NCBI GenBank assembly: GCA_016222825.1
Contig: JACRQF010000015.1
Span: forward strand, 297,646-361,645
Reading direction: 5' to 3'
DNA length: 64,000 bases
Source: Verrucomicrobiota bacterium
GTDB taxonomy: Bacteria; Verrucomicrobiota; Verrucomicrobiia; CAIQCK01
Shown: piece by piece, positions 37,092-46,607 of the stretch
Layout of the letters: each line of letters begins with the position of its first letter
How positions within the stretch are numbered: position 1 is the stretch's first letter
Program-made: the position numbers and the translations under genes
The notes under the pieces: model-generated
Databases searched by the model: none
What the model was told of the DNA's origin: nothing
The model's input: the letters and a program-made list of their open reading frames with translations, nothing else

Positions 37092-38446
37092 CGCCGTTGA
37101 ATTCTTCATCATCCACGCGCCGTGAGTTTGCCGGGTCGCGCGGAAAAGCGATGGCCGCTTCCGCGTTGGCGGGCGTGGCCGTTCCGCGAGTCCATGCCGC
37201 GGGCGACAACACCATCCGCCTTGCGCTCATCGGCTGCGGCGGGCGCGGCAGCGGTGCGGTGGTGGATGCGTCGCAATCGCCCTACGGCCCGGTGAAACTC
37301 TACGCGATGGCCGACCTGTTCGAGAAACGGCTCGCGTCTTCGCACAAGGTCCTCAGCGAGAAACTCGGCGGGCAGGTGGACGTGCCACCGGACCGGCGGT
37401 TTGTCGGCTTCGATGCTTACAAGAAGGCGATTGACCTCCTGCGCCCCGGCGATGTGGCGATGCTGACCGGTTACGCCGGCTGGCGGCCGATGCAACTGGA
37501 ATACGCCGTTGCCAAGGGCATCAACGTCTTCATGGAGAAATCGTTCGCCACCGATCCGCCCGGCGTGCGGCGCATCATCGCGGCGGGCGAGGTTGCGGAA
37601 AAGAAGGGGCTGAAGATCGCCGCTGGCCTGATGGCGCGCCACGCACCCAACCGGCAGGAACTCATCCGCCGTATCCGCGACGGCCAGCTCGGCGATATCC
37701 AGATCATCCGCGCCTTCCGGATGCAGCCTTGCGGAACGTTGCCGCCGCGAAAGCCGGAGGACAACGAGCTCCGATGGCAGATCAGCCGCTTCACACATTT
37801 CCTCTGGGTTTCCGGCGGACTCTGGGCCGAGATGAACATCCACCAAGTGGACGAGATTTGCTGGATCAAGGACGCCTGGCCGGTCTCCGCGCACGGCGTC
37901 GGCGGACGGATTGCCGGCAGCCGGGACTGCGGGCAGAACCTCGACTCGCTCTCCGTCGAATGGACCTTCGCCGACGGGACGAAGGCGTATCACGTCACGC
38001 GCTGGCTGCCGAAGTGCCACGCCGAGTTCAACACCTACATGCACGGAACCAAATGTGCGGGCGTCTTCCCGTGGCTGAGCGGTCATCGCGACGACCTCAC
38101 GCGAATCTACAGGGACCAACGCTGCGCGCCCGACAACATCGCATGGCAGGCCGAGGAGGGGCTGTTCACTTACTACCAAGCCGAGTGGAACGTCCTGCTC
38201 GACGCCATCCACAACAACAAGCCGCATAACGAAGCGAAGCGCGCGGCGTTCTCGAACCTTGCCGACATCATGGGCCGGGCCGCCGTCCACATGGGTCGCG
38301 TCATCACGTGGGACGAAGCGATGAAGTCCGACTTCCGCTTCTGCCCAAACATCGAGAGTCTCACCGACGCCAGCGAGCCGCCGTTGAAAGCCGGCGCCGA
38401 CGGACGCTACCCCGTGCCGATTCCCGGCCAGTGGACGGAAATCTGA
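37076..38446 (+). CDS. Gfo/Idh/MocA-family oxidoreductase with TAT signal (paralog 2 of second tandem pair)
   Basis: ORF 37076..38446; TAT motif TRREFAGSRG; by eye roughly 80% identical to the 35727..37091 protein. No ATG upstream of the TAT motif, so start is GTG 37076 (overlapping the upstream gene) or TTG 37097. Confidence 0.8.
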   Translation: MDGNLAPLNSSSSTRREFAGSRGKAMAASALAGVAVPRVHAAGDNTIRLALIGCGGRGSGAVVDASQSPYGPVKLYAMADLFEKRLASSHKVLSEKLGGQVDVPPDRRFVGFDAYKKAIDLLRPGDVAMLTGYAGWRPMQLEYAVAKGINVFMEKSFATDPPGVRRIIAAGEVAEKKGLKIAAGLMARHAPNRQELIRRIRDGQLGDIQIIRAFRMQPCGTLPPRKPEDNELRWQISRFTHFLWVSGGLWAEMNIHQVDEICWIKDAWPVSAHGVGGRIAGSRDCGQNLDSLSVEWTFADGTKAYHVTRWLPKCHAEFNTYMHGTKCAGVFPWLSGHRDDLTRIYRDQRCAPDNIAWQAEEGLFTYYQAEWNVLLDAIHNNKPHNEAKRAAFSNLADIMGRAAVHMGRVITWDEAMKSDFRFCPNIESLTDASEPPLKAGADGRYPVPIPGQWTEI

Positions 38447-38504
38447 GCGGAGCCGCGGCGAGCTTGCGGCGCGCGCCCATTCTGACTAAAACAATCCGCG
38501 CGAT

Positions 38505-38837
38505 ATGAAGAACGAAGCTCAGAGACAGACTTTGATCGAAGAGAATCCGATACCGGAAGTGTATCGGCAGATCATCCACGACCATAATTTTACCTGCGTC
38601 TTCTCCTGCAAGGTTGGAAGACGCGCCTCTACCGGGCAGATGGGGATCACCTCGTCCAACCTCGACCCTCAGACTTTCAAGGACGCTGAACAAAAAGCGA
38701 TCGTCCGGGGCGACCCGGAACTGGTGCTCAAGCGCGGCGCCGCCACGTTCGTTTATCGGCTCATCACCAAGACCGCCTCGGCGCGGCTCTACAGGGTGGC
38801 GGCCCATCTGGCGGATTTCGCGCGAGGGAAATACTAA
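38505..38837 (+). CDS. hypothetical small protein (lower GC than surroundings)
   Basis: 110-aa ORF, no recognised family; 5' half appears markedly lower in GC than neighbouring genes (by eye, not computed). Confidence 0.5.
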   Translation: MKNEAQRQTLIEENPIPEVYRQIIHDHNFTCVFSCKVGRRASTGQMGITSSNLDPQTFKDAEQKAIVRGDPELVLKRGAATFVYRLITKTASARLYRVAAHLADFARGKY

Positions 38838-38932
38838 CCCGTCCATCGCGGCCTTGGGCGTGATGTGAAAATGCTTGTTTGGAGCGGACTGGCTGGCGTA
38901 GCGTGCGCGCGGTTTCTGCGGAGGAATAAACT

Positions 38933-39775
38933 ATGATGACAAGGCGAGAGTTCCTGAAACATAGCGCCGTCAGCGCGGCGGCGGCGTGGGCGGCGGGTTG
39001 CGCGACCGGTTCGGGTCGGGCGGGTGGAAAGATTCCGATTGCGCTGGAACTTTACTCGGTGCGCAAGGAATGCGCCCAAGACACCGCAGGCACGATTCAA
39101 GCCGTCGCAAAGATGGGCTACCAAGGCGTCGAGTTCGCCGGCTTCTACAACAAGGACGCGAAGACGCTCCGCAAGATCCTCGACGACTGCGGCCTCAAGT
39201 GCTGCGGCAGCCACACACCGCTGCCCGACCTGCTCGGCGACAAACTCCAGAAGACCATCGAGTTCAACCAGACGCTCGGCAACAAGTTCCTCATCGTGCC
39301 CGGCCTGCCGAAAGACCGCACCGCGTCGCGCCAGGCGTGGCTCGACACGGCCAAGCTCTTCAATGAGCTTTCCGACAAGGTCGCTCCGCAAGGCATGCGC
39401 GTCGGCTATCACAACCACACCATCGAGTTCAAACCGCTCGACGGCGAACTGCCGTGGGACACATTCTTCGGCAACACGAAGAAGGAGGTCATCATGCAGT
39501 TCGACACCGGCAACGCCATGCACGGCGGCGGCGACGCGACGGTTTATCTGAAGAAGTATCCCGGCCGCGCCGTGACGGTCCATTGCAAGCCGTTTTCCCA
39601 CGCCAAGCCCGACGCGCTCATCGGCGAGGATGAACTGCCGTGGAAGGATATCTTCCACCTCTGTGAAACCATCGGCAACACCGAGTGGTATATCGTTGAA
39701 TACGAGCGTCCGAACGTGCCCGCGTTGGAGGCCGTCGAGAAGTGTCTGCAAGCAATGAAGCAGATGGGCAAGTAA
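38933..39775 (+). CDS. sugar phosphate isomerase/epimerase (xylose isomerase-like TIM barrel) with TAT signal
   Basis: GGAGG 8 nt upstream of ATG; N-terminus MMTRREFLKHSAVSAAAAWAAG (TAT); TIM-barrel motifs. Confidence 0.85.
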   Translation: MMTRREFLKHSAVSAAAAWAAGCATGSGRAGGKIPIALELYSVRKECAQDTAGTIQAVAKMGYQGVEFAGFYNKDAKTLRKILDDCGLKCCGSHTPLPDLLGDKLQKTIEFNQTLGNKFLIVPGLPKDRTASRQAWLDTAKLFNELSDKVAPQGMRVGYHNHTIEFKPLDGELPWDTFFGNTKKEVIMQFDTGNAMHGGGDATVYLKKYPGRAVTVHCKPFSHAKPDALIGEDELPWKDIFHLCETIGNTEWYIVEYERPNVPALEAVEKCLQAMKQMGK

Positions 39776-39793
39776 CCAAACCGCCGGGATGCC

Positions 39794-40690
39794 ATGATTG
39801 ACACACTGCAAACCAAATTCGGGATTCCGGGGGCGGTCGCGGTCACGGCGGGCAACAACGGCCTGCCGCGCGTGACGCTCTCGCACCGCTCCGGCGCGAG
39901 CGCGGAGATTTACCTGCACGGCGCGCACGTCACGTCGTGGCGGAACGCGAAGGGCGAAGAGCTTTTCTTCCTGAGCCGATCCTCCAACTGGGCCGCCGAC
40001 AAGCCGATTCGCGGCGGCATCCCGATTTGCTTTCCGCAGTTCAGTAATCACGGTCCGTTGCCGCTGCACGGTTTCGCGCGCATCAGCGAGTGGACGCTGG
40101 CGCAAACCGAACGGCTTGGCTCCGGCGAGGTTGTGGCCGCGTTCCAACTCAGCGACTCCGACGCCACGCTCGCGCTCTGGCCGCACCGGTTCACCTTCGA
40201 GCTGCGCGTGACGCTTGCGGAGACGGTGCTGACACTGGCAGTGCAAGTGAAGAACAACGGTGACAAGCCGTTCGACTTCGAACTGGCGCTCCACACCTAC
40301 TTCGGTGTCGGCGAAATCCAGCGCGCGGCTGTCTGCGGGCTGGAGGGCGTCACGTTTAGCGATTCGCTGCGGAACAATGTCCACGAGGTTGAGACGCGGC
40401 AGGAAATCCGCTTCGATCAGGAAACCGATCGCATTTACATCAACACGCCGGATTGTGTGCGCATCCGCGACGAAGCCCGCAACCGCGTCATCGCCGTCCA
40501 GAAGAGCGGTATGGCCGACGCCGTCGTGTGGAATCCGTGGATCGCAAAATCGCAGCGCATGCCCGACTTCGGCGACGACGAGTATCTGCGCATGGTTTGC
40601 GTCGAGACCGGCAACATGGCCAGCCGCATCAACCTCGCCCCGCGCGGCCAGTGGCACGGCTCGACCGTCCTCTCCGTGCTGCCCGCCTGA
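39794..40690 (+). CDS. aldose 1-epimerase family protein (D-hexose-6-phosphate mutarotase-like)
   Basis: 298-aa ORF; …IRGGIPICFPQFSNHGPLPLHGFAR… motif typical of the glucose-6-phosphate 1-epimerase subfamily. Confidence 0.8.
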   Translation: MIDTLQTKFGIPGAVAVTAGNNGLPRVTLSHRSGASAEIYLHGAHVTSWRNAKGEELFFLSRSSNWAADKPIRGGIPICFPQFSNHGPLPLHGFARISEWTLAQTERLGSGEVVAAFQLSDSDATLALWPHRFTFELRVTLAETVLTLAVQVKNNGDKPFDFELALHTYFGVGEIQRAAVCGLEGVTFSDSLRNNVHEVETRQEIRFDQETDRIYINTPDCVRIRDEARNRVIAVQKSGMADAVVWNPWIAKSQRMPDFGDDEYLRMVCVETGNMASRINLAPRGQWHGSTVLSVLPA

Positions 40691-40696
40691 CCGAAA

Positions 40697-41578
40697 TCAG
40701 TCCCGCACGGCTTTCGCGTAGCAGTCGAGCATGTATTGCCGCGACTTCGCTGCCGCCGCCGTCATCTCGTCCGGCTCCGGTTCGCCGTGCATGAATGGGT
40801 TCACATAGCGCGCGTAGCCGATCTTCGCCAACGCCGCCAGCCACGGCGTGAAATCGGTCGGGCCGTGGCCGGGCAGTTGCTCGAGTCCTTTGCCGTGCTG
40901 CCAGGCGTAGAAGAAAAACAGTTGCTTGCCGCACGCCGCGATGGCGTCCTCCACGGACATCTTCCCCGCCTGGATGTGATACGGCGCCAGCGCGATGCCG
41001 AGGTGTGGATGCTTGTTGAGGTCCGTGAACGCCTTGAGCGAATCAATCGAGTCGAGCAGCGCGTTGCCGTGGTTCTCAATGGCGAGATACGAGTTGTTCT
41101 TCCCCGCCAGATCGGCAAACGGCTTGAGCCGCTCCAGGAAGTCTTTCATCTTCGCCGTGAGTTCCTCCGGCTTGCAGGGCCGCTCGCTGCCGCGGATCGC
41201 CACGCCGCCGCCTGCCGCGCCGAGCATCGTGACATATTTCTGGTAGTCGCCGCGATAGAGCGAGAAGGCGCAGAGCTTCAGCTTGTGTTTCGCCAGCAAC
41301 TCTTTCAGCCCGCTGGCGCCGAGCCGGGCCTCGATGTCCTCCAGATGGGTGCATTTGAACAGCGGCCCCCAGATGTCCACCGCCTCGAAACCGAGCTTCG
41401 CGGCGCGCTCGCAGAACTGCTCGATGGACAGCTTCACGAACATGACCGACGACGTCGAGAGGCGCATCTTCCAGCGCGCTTCCGCCGCGCCTGCCAGCGT
41501 CGCCGCCAACCCGGCGCTCGCGGCGATGAATTGCCGCCGGCTTAGCTTCGTTTCCGTTGCTTGATGGCTCGTCTCCAT
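40697..41578 (-). CDS. sugar phosphate isomerase/epimerase (xylose isomerase-like TIM barrel) with TAT signal
   Basis: 293-aa ORF; N-terminus …LSRRQFIAASAGLAATLAGAA (TAT); starts 4 nt after the stop of the upstream gene. Confidence 0.8.
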   Translation of the reverse strand: METSHQATETKLSRRQFIAASAGLAATLAGAAEARWKMRLSTSSVMFVKLSIEQFCERAAKLGFEAVDIWGPLFKCTHLEDIEARLGASGLKELLAKHKLKLCAFSLYRGDYQKYVTMLGAAGGGVAIRGSERPCKPEELTAKMKDFLERLKPFADLAGKNNSYLAIENHGNALLDSIDSLKAFTDLNKHPHLGIALAPYHIQAGKMSVEDAIAACGKQLFFFYAWQHGKGLEQLPGHGPTDFTPWLAALAKIGYARYVNPFMHGEPEPDEMTAAAAKSRQYMLDCYAKAVRD

Positions 41579-41582
41579 GGCT

Positions 41583-42635
41583 TCATTCCTTTCGTGCAGC
41601 CTCGCGGCGCAGCTTCCTGAACCACGCGTCGAGGATCTTGTTGCTCCGACAGAAAACCACCGTCCCGGCTAGCATCCGATTCACGTCGCCTTGCGCGACC
41701 ATGATGCGTTTGTCGGGATCGAGCACGTCGTCGCTGCGGCGCAGCAACGCGAGCGTCTTCAGCCCGATGAAAATCGGCCAGAGGCACGCGAGCCGCAGCC
41801 GGCCGCACGAGCGGGGAATCGCCAGTGTGTAGCGCCACGCGGCGTCGTAATGATCGAGCGCCAGGTCGAGATGCCGGTCGTAAACCTCCCGGAACCGGCT
41901 CATCGTTGCCGGCGAGAGCAAGTCTTCCGGCTTCAGTCCCGCTTCTGCTAATCGCTGGCGCGGCACGTAGCAACGGGCGATGCGCAAGTCCTTCGGGATG
42001 TCGCGGAGAATGTTCGTGAGCTGGAGCGCTTTGCCAAAGCGGATGCCGAGCGCCGTCATCTCGGCGGGATTCCATCCGTGCAACGCCCGCAGATGCGCCG
42101 CGCACATCTCCGTCCAGAACTTCCCGACGCAACCGGCGACGGCGTAGGTGTAATCGTCAAGTTGCTGGTCGGTGTCGAACGCCGCGAGTTCCTTCTCCGT
42201 CTCGCCCGGAAACTGCACGAGGTCGTCCTCCTGCCCGCGCGTGATGACGCCGAGCAACTCGCCGATGCGCCGACGGTCGTCCTCCGGCAGCGACGCGAGC
42301 ATGGCGAAACAGTCGTCGAGCCGCTCCAGCAGCAGCTTTTCCGCCGGCAGACTTTGGTATTGCGCGAGGTCGGCCCGGATGAGCGCCGTCTCACCTGAGT
42401 CGTGGCGATGCTCGAACTGCTGGCGGAAGAGGACAAGGTGGGCGCGGCGTTTGTCGCGCGGGACGACCTTCGTGTCGGCGATGGTGTCGCTGGCGCGTGC
42501 CAGCAGGTAACCGAGCGAGATCGCCGGTCGCAACGCCTTCGGCAGCACGCGCAACGTCAGATAAAACGAGCGCGACACGTCGCGCAGCAGCGGGCCAATG
42601 AGTTGGTCGCGTTCTTGTTGGATCACGCGGCGCAT
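41583..42635 (-). CDS. squalene/phytoene synthase-family protein (HpnC/HpnD-like)
   Basis: ORF 41583..42662; ATG at 42635 (MRRVIQQERDQLIGPLLRDVSRSFYLTLRVLP…); substrate-binding motifs (…YTYAVAGCVGKFW…, …LQLTNILRDIPKD…). Confidence 0.8.
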   Translation of the reverse strand: MRRVIQQERDQLIGPLLRDVSRSFYLTLRVLPKALRPAISLGYLLARASDTIADTKVVPRDKRRAHLVLFRQQFEHRHDSGETALIRADLAQYQSLPAEKLLLERLDDCFAMLASLPEDDRRRIGELLGVITRGQEDDLVQFPGETEKELAAFDTDQQLDDYTYAVAGCVGKFWTEMCAAHLRALHGWNPAEMTALGIRFGKALQLTNILRDIPKDLRIARCYVPRQRLAEAGLKPEDLLSPATMSRFREVYDRHLDLALDHYDAAWRYTLAIPRSCGRLRLACLWPIFIGLKTLALLRRSDDVLDPDKRIMVAQGDVNRMLAGTVVFCRSNKILDAWFRKLRREAARKE

Positions 42636-42686
42636 CGTAGGCGCGGCCCGCGGCGGGCGCAAGTCTGCGCGTAACGGCCGCCATGC

Positions 42687-43199
42687 TTACTGTTCCGGCG
42701 GCTTGAGGATCGCCAGCACCTTGAAGCCGCTGCTGGTCTTTCGGAAGACGAAGATGCGCCGGACCGGCTCGCCGTTGTCGCGCAGGTCCGCCACCACGAC
42801 AGTGTCGCTGGCCGTCAGCACGTCGTCAGCCTCCGGCGGTAGGCCGGCCTCGCGCGCGGTTGTTTGCACGGCGCTTTCCACGGCGAACGCATGCGGTTTC
42901 TCGACGGCCTTCTGGATGAAATCGGCGAGCGACTGCTCGTCTTCGATCTTCTTGCCTTCGAGGTAGAACGGCACGGTGAACTGCTCCCGCAGTTTGGCCG
43001 CGTCGTCCTTGTTGAGGAGCGAGATGAGGTCTTCCAGGGCAGCGGTGGCGTCGCGTTGCAAGGGCGCGCCGGCGGGCCGCGGCGGGGTTTTGGCTCTGGC
43101 TTCGGCGCGCTCGCCGCCCTTCCTCCCGCCGAGCGCGAACAAGCCCAGCACAACACCCAACACCACCAACACCACAACGGGTCGAGAAATACGGTTCAT
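42687..43199 (-). CDS. hypothetical membrane-anchored protein
   Basis: 170-aa ORF with N-terminal hydrophobic anchor (MNRISRPVVVLVVLGVVLGLFALG); no recognised family. Confidence 0.6.
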   Translation of the reverse strand: MNRISRPVVVLVVLGVVLGLFALGGRKGGERAEARAKTPPRPAGAPLQRDATAALEDLISLLNKDDAAKLREQFTVPFYLEGKKIEDEQSLADFIQKAVEKPHAFAVESAVQTTAREAGLPPEADDVLTASDTVVVADLRDNGEPVRRIFVFRKTSSGFKVLAILKPPEQ

Positions 43200-43308
43200 G
43201 TGTTTTCCTAAGCTCTGCTCTAGTCATACCGCCAGCCGGGGAAAAGGTTACATGCCGCAGGCAATTCAGTCTTGAATTACCCGCGCCAATCAGGAGAAAT
43301 TCGCGTTC

Positions 43309-44520
43309 ATGTTCAGAGCACTCATCCTTTCGAGCACGATCGTCAGTCTGTTGGCTTCCGCTCTTCGCGCCGACGACTGGCCGCATTGGCGCGGGCCGGC
43401 GCGTAACGGCCACTCTGCCGAGACGGCGTGGAGCGATCAGTGGCCCGCGGAGGGGCCACGCGTCGCATGGAAGGCGAACGTCGGCCTCGGCTTCTCGACG
43501 TTCGTCGTCGCCAAAGGCCGAGTGCTCACCACCGGCCACGCCGGCGGCAAAGACACGGTCTTCTGTTTCGACGCCGACGGCGGCAAGCTACTCTGGAAAC
43601 ATTCCTACGCCGCCGAGCTTGGCGACAAATACTTCGAGGGCGGTGCGACCGGCACGCCGACGATTGACGGCGACCGCGTCTATCAACTCAGCCGCTGGGG
43701 TGATCTCTTTTGTCTCGACGCGGCGACGGGCAGCGTCGTCTGGTCCAAAAACCTCCAGCAAGAGCCGGGCGTGCGGATTCCCGACTGGGGTTTCAGTGGC
43801 GCGCCGCTCGTGCTCGGCAATCTGCTCATCCTCAATGCCGGCGACGCCGGCATGGCGCTCGACAAGACCAGCGGCAAGGTTGTCTGGCAGTCGCAGAACA
43901 AGGAAGCCGCCTACTCGACGCCGCTGCCGGTCAAACGCGGCAACGAGACGCTCGTGTTGCTCGGCTCGCGGCAGAGCTATGTCGCTGTGGATGCGCAGAC
44001 CGGGAAAGAGGCCTGGCGTCATCGCTGGCTCACGCAATACGGCGTCAACGCCGCCGACCCGATCGTGCAGGGCGACCTCGTTTTCATCAGCACCGGCTAC
44101 GGCAAGGGCGCGGCGATGCTCAAGCTCGGCGCGGGACAGCCGCAGGAGCTTTGGAAGAGCAAGGCGCTCCGCACGCAGATGAATCCGGCTGTGTTGGTAG
44201 ATGGCCACCTCTACGGCATTGATGGCGACACCACTTCGTCGGCGTCGCTCAAGTGTCTTGAGTTCGTCTCCGGCGTCGAGAAGTGGGAGCATCCGAACGT
44301 CGGCTCCGGCGCGCTCATCACGGCGGGCGGGCGCTTGATCGTGCTGAGCGGCACTGGTGAACTGATGGTCGCGCCAGCTTCGCCTGCCGGCTTCAAGCCG
44401 ACGGCACGCGCCCAAGTTCTTAGAGGCAAGTGCTGGACCTCGCCCGTGCTGGCCAACGGCCGGATCTACTGCCGCAGCGTTGCCGGCGATGTCGTCTGCC
44501 TCGACGTGCACAAGCCATGA
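43309..44520 (+). CDS. PQQ-like beta-propeller repeat protein
   Basis: 403-aa ORF; signal peptide then DWPHWRGPARNG start typical of PQQ-repeat propellers; stop overlaps the start of the next gene (ATGA). Confidence 0.8.
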   Translation: MFRALILSSTIVSLLASALRADDWPHWRGPARNGHSAETAWSDQWPAEGPRVAWKANVGLGFSTFVVAKGRVLTTGHAGGKDTVFCFDADGGKLLWKHSYAAELGDKYFEGGATGTPTIDGDRVYQLSRWGDLFCLDAATGSVVWSKNLQQEPGVRIPDWGFSGAPLVLGNLLILNAGDAGMALDKTSGKVVWQSQNKEAAYSTPLPVKRGNETLVLLGSRQSYVAVDAQTGKEAWRHRWLTQYGVNAADPIVQGDLVFISTGYGKGAAMLKLGAGQPQELWKSKALRTQMNPAVLVDGHLYGIDGDTTSSASLKCLEFVSGVEKWEHPNVGSGALITAGGRLIVLSGTGELMVAPASPAGFKPTARAQVLRGKCWTSPVLANGRIYCRSVAGDVVCLDVHKP

Positions 44521-45833
44521 AACTAACCCGCCGTCATTTCCTGCGCACCGCCGCCGTTGCGGGATTCGCAGCGCCGTTTACGATGCGCGGCGCTGACGCG
44601 GGGCGCAAGTTCCGCACCGCGCTCATCGGCGCGGGTTGGTGGGGCAAGAACATCCTCAAGGAAGCGTTGGCGTCCGGCCGCTGCGAGATCAGCGCGCTCT
44701 GCGACGTGGACGCGATGGGCCTCGAAGTCGCCGCCGAACAAGTCAGCGACCTCAGCGGCAAGCAACCGAAGACCTACAAGGATTTCCGCGAGCTTCTCAA
44801 AAAGGACCGCCCGGAGATCGTCATCATCGCCACGCCGGACCACTGGCACGCGCTACAGACCATCGCCGCGCTCAAGGCCGGCGCGCACGTGTTCGTTGAG
44901 AAGCCCACCGGCCACACCGTCAACGAAAGCCGCGCGATGGTGAAGGTCGCGCGCGACGCGGGCCGCGTCGTGCAGGTCGGCCTCCATCGCCGCGTCGGGC
45001 CGCATCACGCCAGCGCGATGAAGTTCCTCCAGTCCGGCGCGGTCGGCGAGATCGGCATGGTGCGCGTGTTTGCACACAGCGGCGGCGGGCAGGAAAAACC
45101 GGCGCCGAACAGCGAGCCGCCGGACGGGATGGACTGGGATTTCTGGTGCGGCCCCGCGCCGAAGCGGCCCTTCAACAGCAAGCTCCATCCCGGCGGTTGG
45201 CGCAACTTCCTCGACTACGCCAACGGTCAGATCGGCGACTGGGGCGTGCATTGGCTCGACCAAGTGCTGTGGTGGAACGGCGGCGAATACCCCCGTCGCG
45301 TCTTCAGCACCGCCGGCCGCGCTATCCGCGGTCCCGCCGTGCTCAACGGTTGGGAGCAGACCACCGACGCGCCCGATCATCAGGTCGCCACGTTCGAGTT
45401 TCCGAAGTTCACCTGCGTCTGGGAGAACCGCCAGTTCGCCGGCAACGAGGCCGAGAAGCACCGCATCGGCGCTTACTTCTTCGGAACGAAGGGCACGCTC
45501 CATATCGGCTGGCGCGACGGTTGGACGTTCTATCCGGCGAACAAGAAGGAGAAGCCGCTGCACGAGGACGCGCAGTTGCAGGAACCCGACGGCCACAACC
45601 TCAAGCTGCTCTGGGCCGACCTCCTCGGCGCAATCGAGAGCCGCAAGCCCGCCGCCGCGCGAATCGAACTGGCGCACCGCTCGTCGGTGCTGCCGATGCT
45701 GGCGATGATCTCCTGGCGCACGGGCCGCAGCCTCCAATGGGACGGAGCGAAGGAGGAGATCGTCGGCGACGCGGAAGCGAGCAAGTTACTCCGCCGCCCC
45801 TATCGCGCGCCGTGGGTTTATCCTGCAGCCTAG
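44517..45833 (+). CDS. Gfo/Idh/MocA-family oxidoreductase with TAT signal
   Basis: ORF 44430..45833; ATG at 44517 gives MKLTRRHFLRTAAVAGFAAP (TAT); IGAGWWGKN NAD-binding motif. Confidence 0.85.
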   Translation: MKLTRRHFLRTAAVAGFAAPFTMRGADAGRKFRTALIGAGWWGKNILKEALASGRCEISALCDVDAMGLEVAAEQVSDLSGKQPKTYKDFRELLKKDRPEIVIIATPDHWHALQTIAALKAGAHVFVEKPTGHTVNESRAMVKVARDAGRVVQVGLHRRVGPHHASAMKFLQSGAVGEIGMVRVFAHSGGGQEKPAPNSEPPDGMDWDFWCGPAPKRPFNSKLHPGGWRNFLDYANGQIGDWGVHWLDQVLWWNGGEYPRRVFSTAGRAIRGPAVLNGWEQTTDAPDHQVATFEFPKFTCVWENRQFAGNEAEKHRIGAYFFGTKGTLHIGWRDGWTFYPANKKEKPLHEDAQLQEPDGHNLKLLWADLLGAIESRKPAAARIELAHRSSVLPMLAMISWRTGRSLQWDGAKEEIVGDAEASKLLRRPYRAPWVYPAA

Positions 45834-46597
45834 CGGGCTACTTCCAGCGGCACCTGCATGGCGATGTTCATGATCGGCGTCGTCTCGGCGAAAACGGCGG
45901 CGACGGCCTGCACAAGCTCGTGGCCGGTCATGCCGCGGACTTCCTTCTCCGGGAACGGATAGTAAATCTGGAAGCCGACCCAGTCGCGCCTGCCGACTTT
46001 CTTCAGCGCATCGCGCACTTGCGCGACCGATCGGAAGTTCTTCGTGTCGAAGACCTGCATCCGTTCCCAGTCGCCGATCTGCGCGACGAACTCGTCCTGC
46101 CGTATCAGCCGCAACAACTCTCGCTCCAGCGCGCTGCCCGCTCGCAGGCCGGCGACGAGGCGGTGCCAGTCCCAGTCGGGCTTCAGCACGCAGCCGGGAA
46201 ATTCCTCCGGCCCTTCCGCCGGGCCGCGCTCGATCTGCGCGCCGGCCTTGAAGACGCGCTCGTCCTGGTCCACCGAAATGAAGAACTTCGCGCAGCTCCA
46301 GTTCACGTTGTTGCTGAAGGGTTTGGCGTCGCGGTTCTTGCGCGGCACCCAACAAATCCACTGCCAGAACACGCCACGGCCCCAGCGGTCGCACGTGAAC
46401 GGCTGCCGGTAACGCTGTTCGAGGTGATACTTGAAGATCTGCGTGACGCGCTCGTGCGGTTCGAGGTTGCCGACGCGGATGCCGTTCTCGAAATCAATCC
46501 ACTCCGACCGGAACGCCGCGCCCGTCGGCAACTCGCCCGCCGGCTGCGCGCCCCGCGCCAACGGCAACCATGATTTGATCGAAGCAGCCTTCTTCAT
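45830..46597 (-). CDS. hypothetical protein
   Basis: 255-aa ORF with protein-like composition; no family recognised. Confidence 0.55.
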   Translation of the reverse strand: MKKAASIKSWLPLARGAQPAGELPTGAAFRSEWIDFENGIRVGNLEPHERVTQIFKYHLEQRYRQPFTCDRWGRGVFWQWICWVPRKNRDAKPFSNNVNWSCAKFFISVDQDERVFKAGAQIERGPAEGPEEFPGCVLKPDWDWHRLVAGLRAGSALERELLRLIRQDEFVAQIGDWERMQVFDTKNFRSVAQVRDALKKVGRRDWVGFQIYYPFPEKEVRGMTGHELVQAVAAVFAETTPIMNIAMQVPLEVAR

Positions 46598-46607
46598 CGA
46601 TGGATTC

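Noticed and set aside
38834-40657. 607-aa minus-strand ORF
   Set aside because: Antisense to the TIM-barrel isomerase and aldose-epimerase genes, which have TAT signal, Shine-Dalgarno and family motifs; composition is artefact-like.
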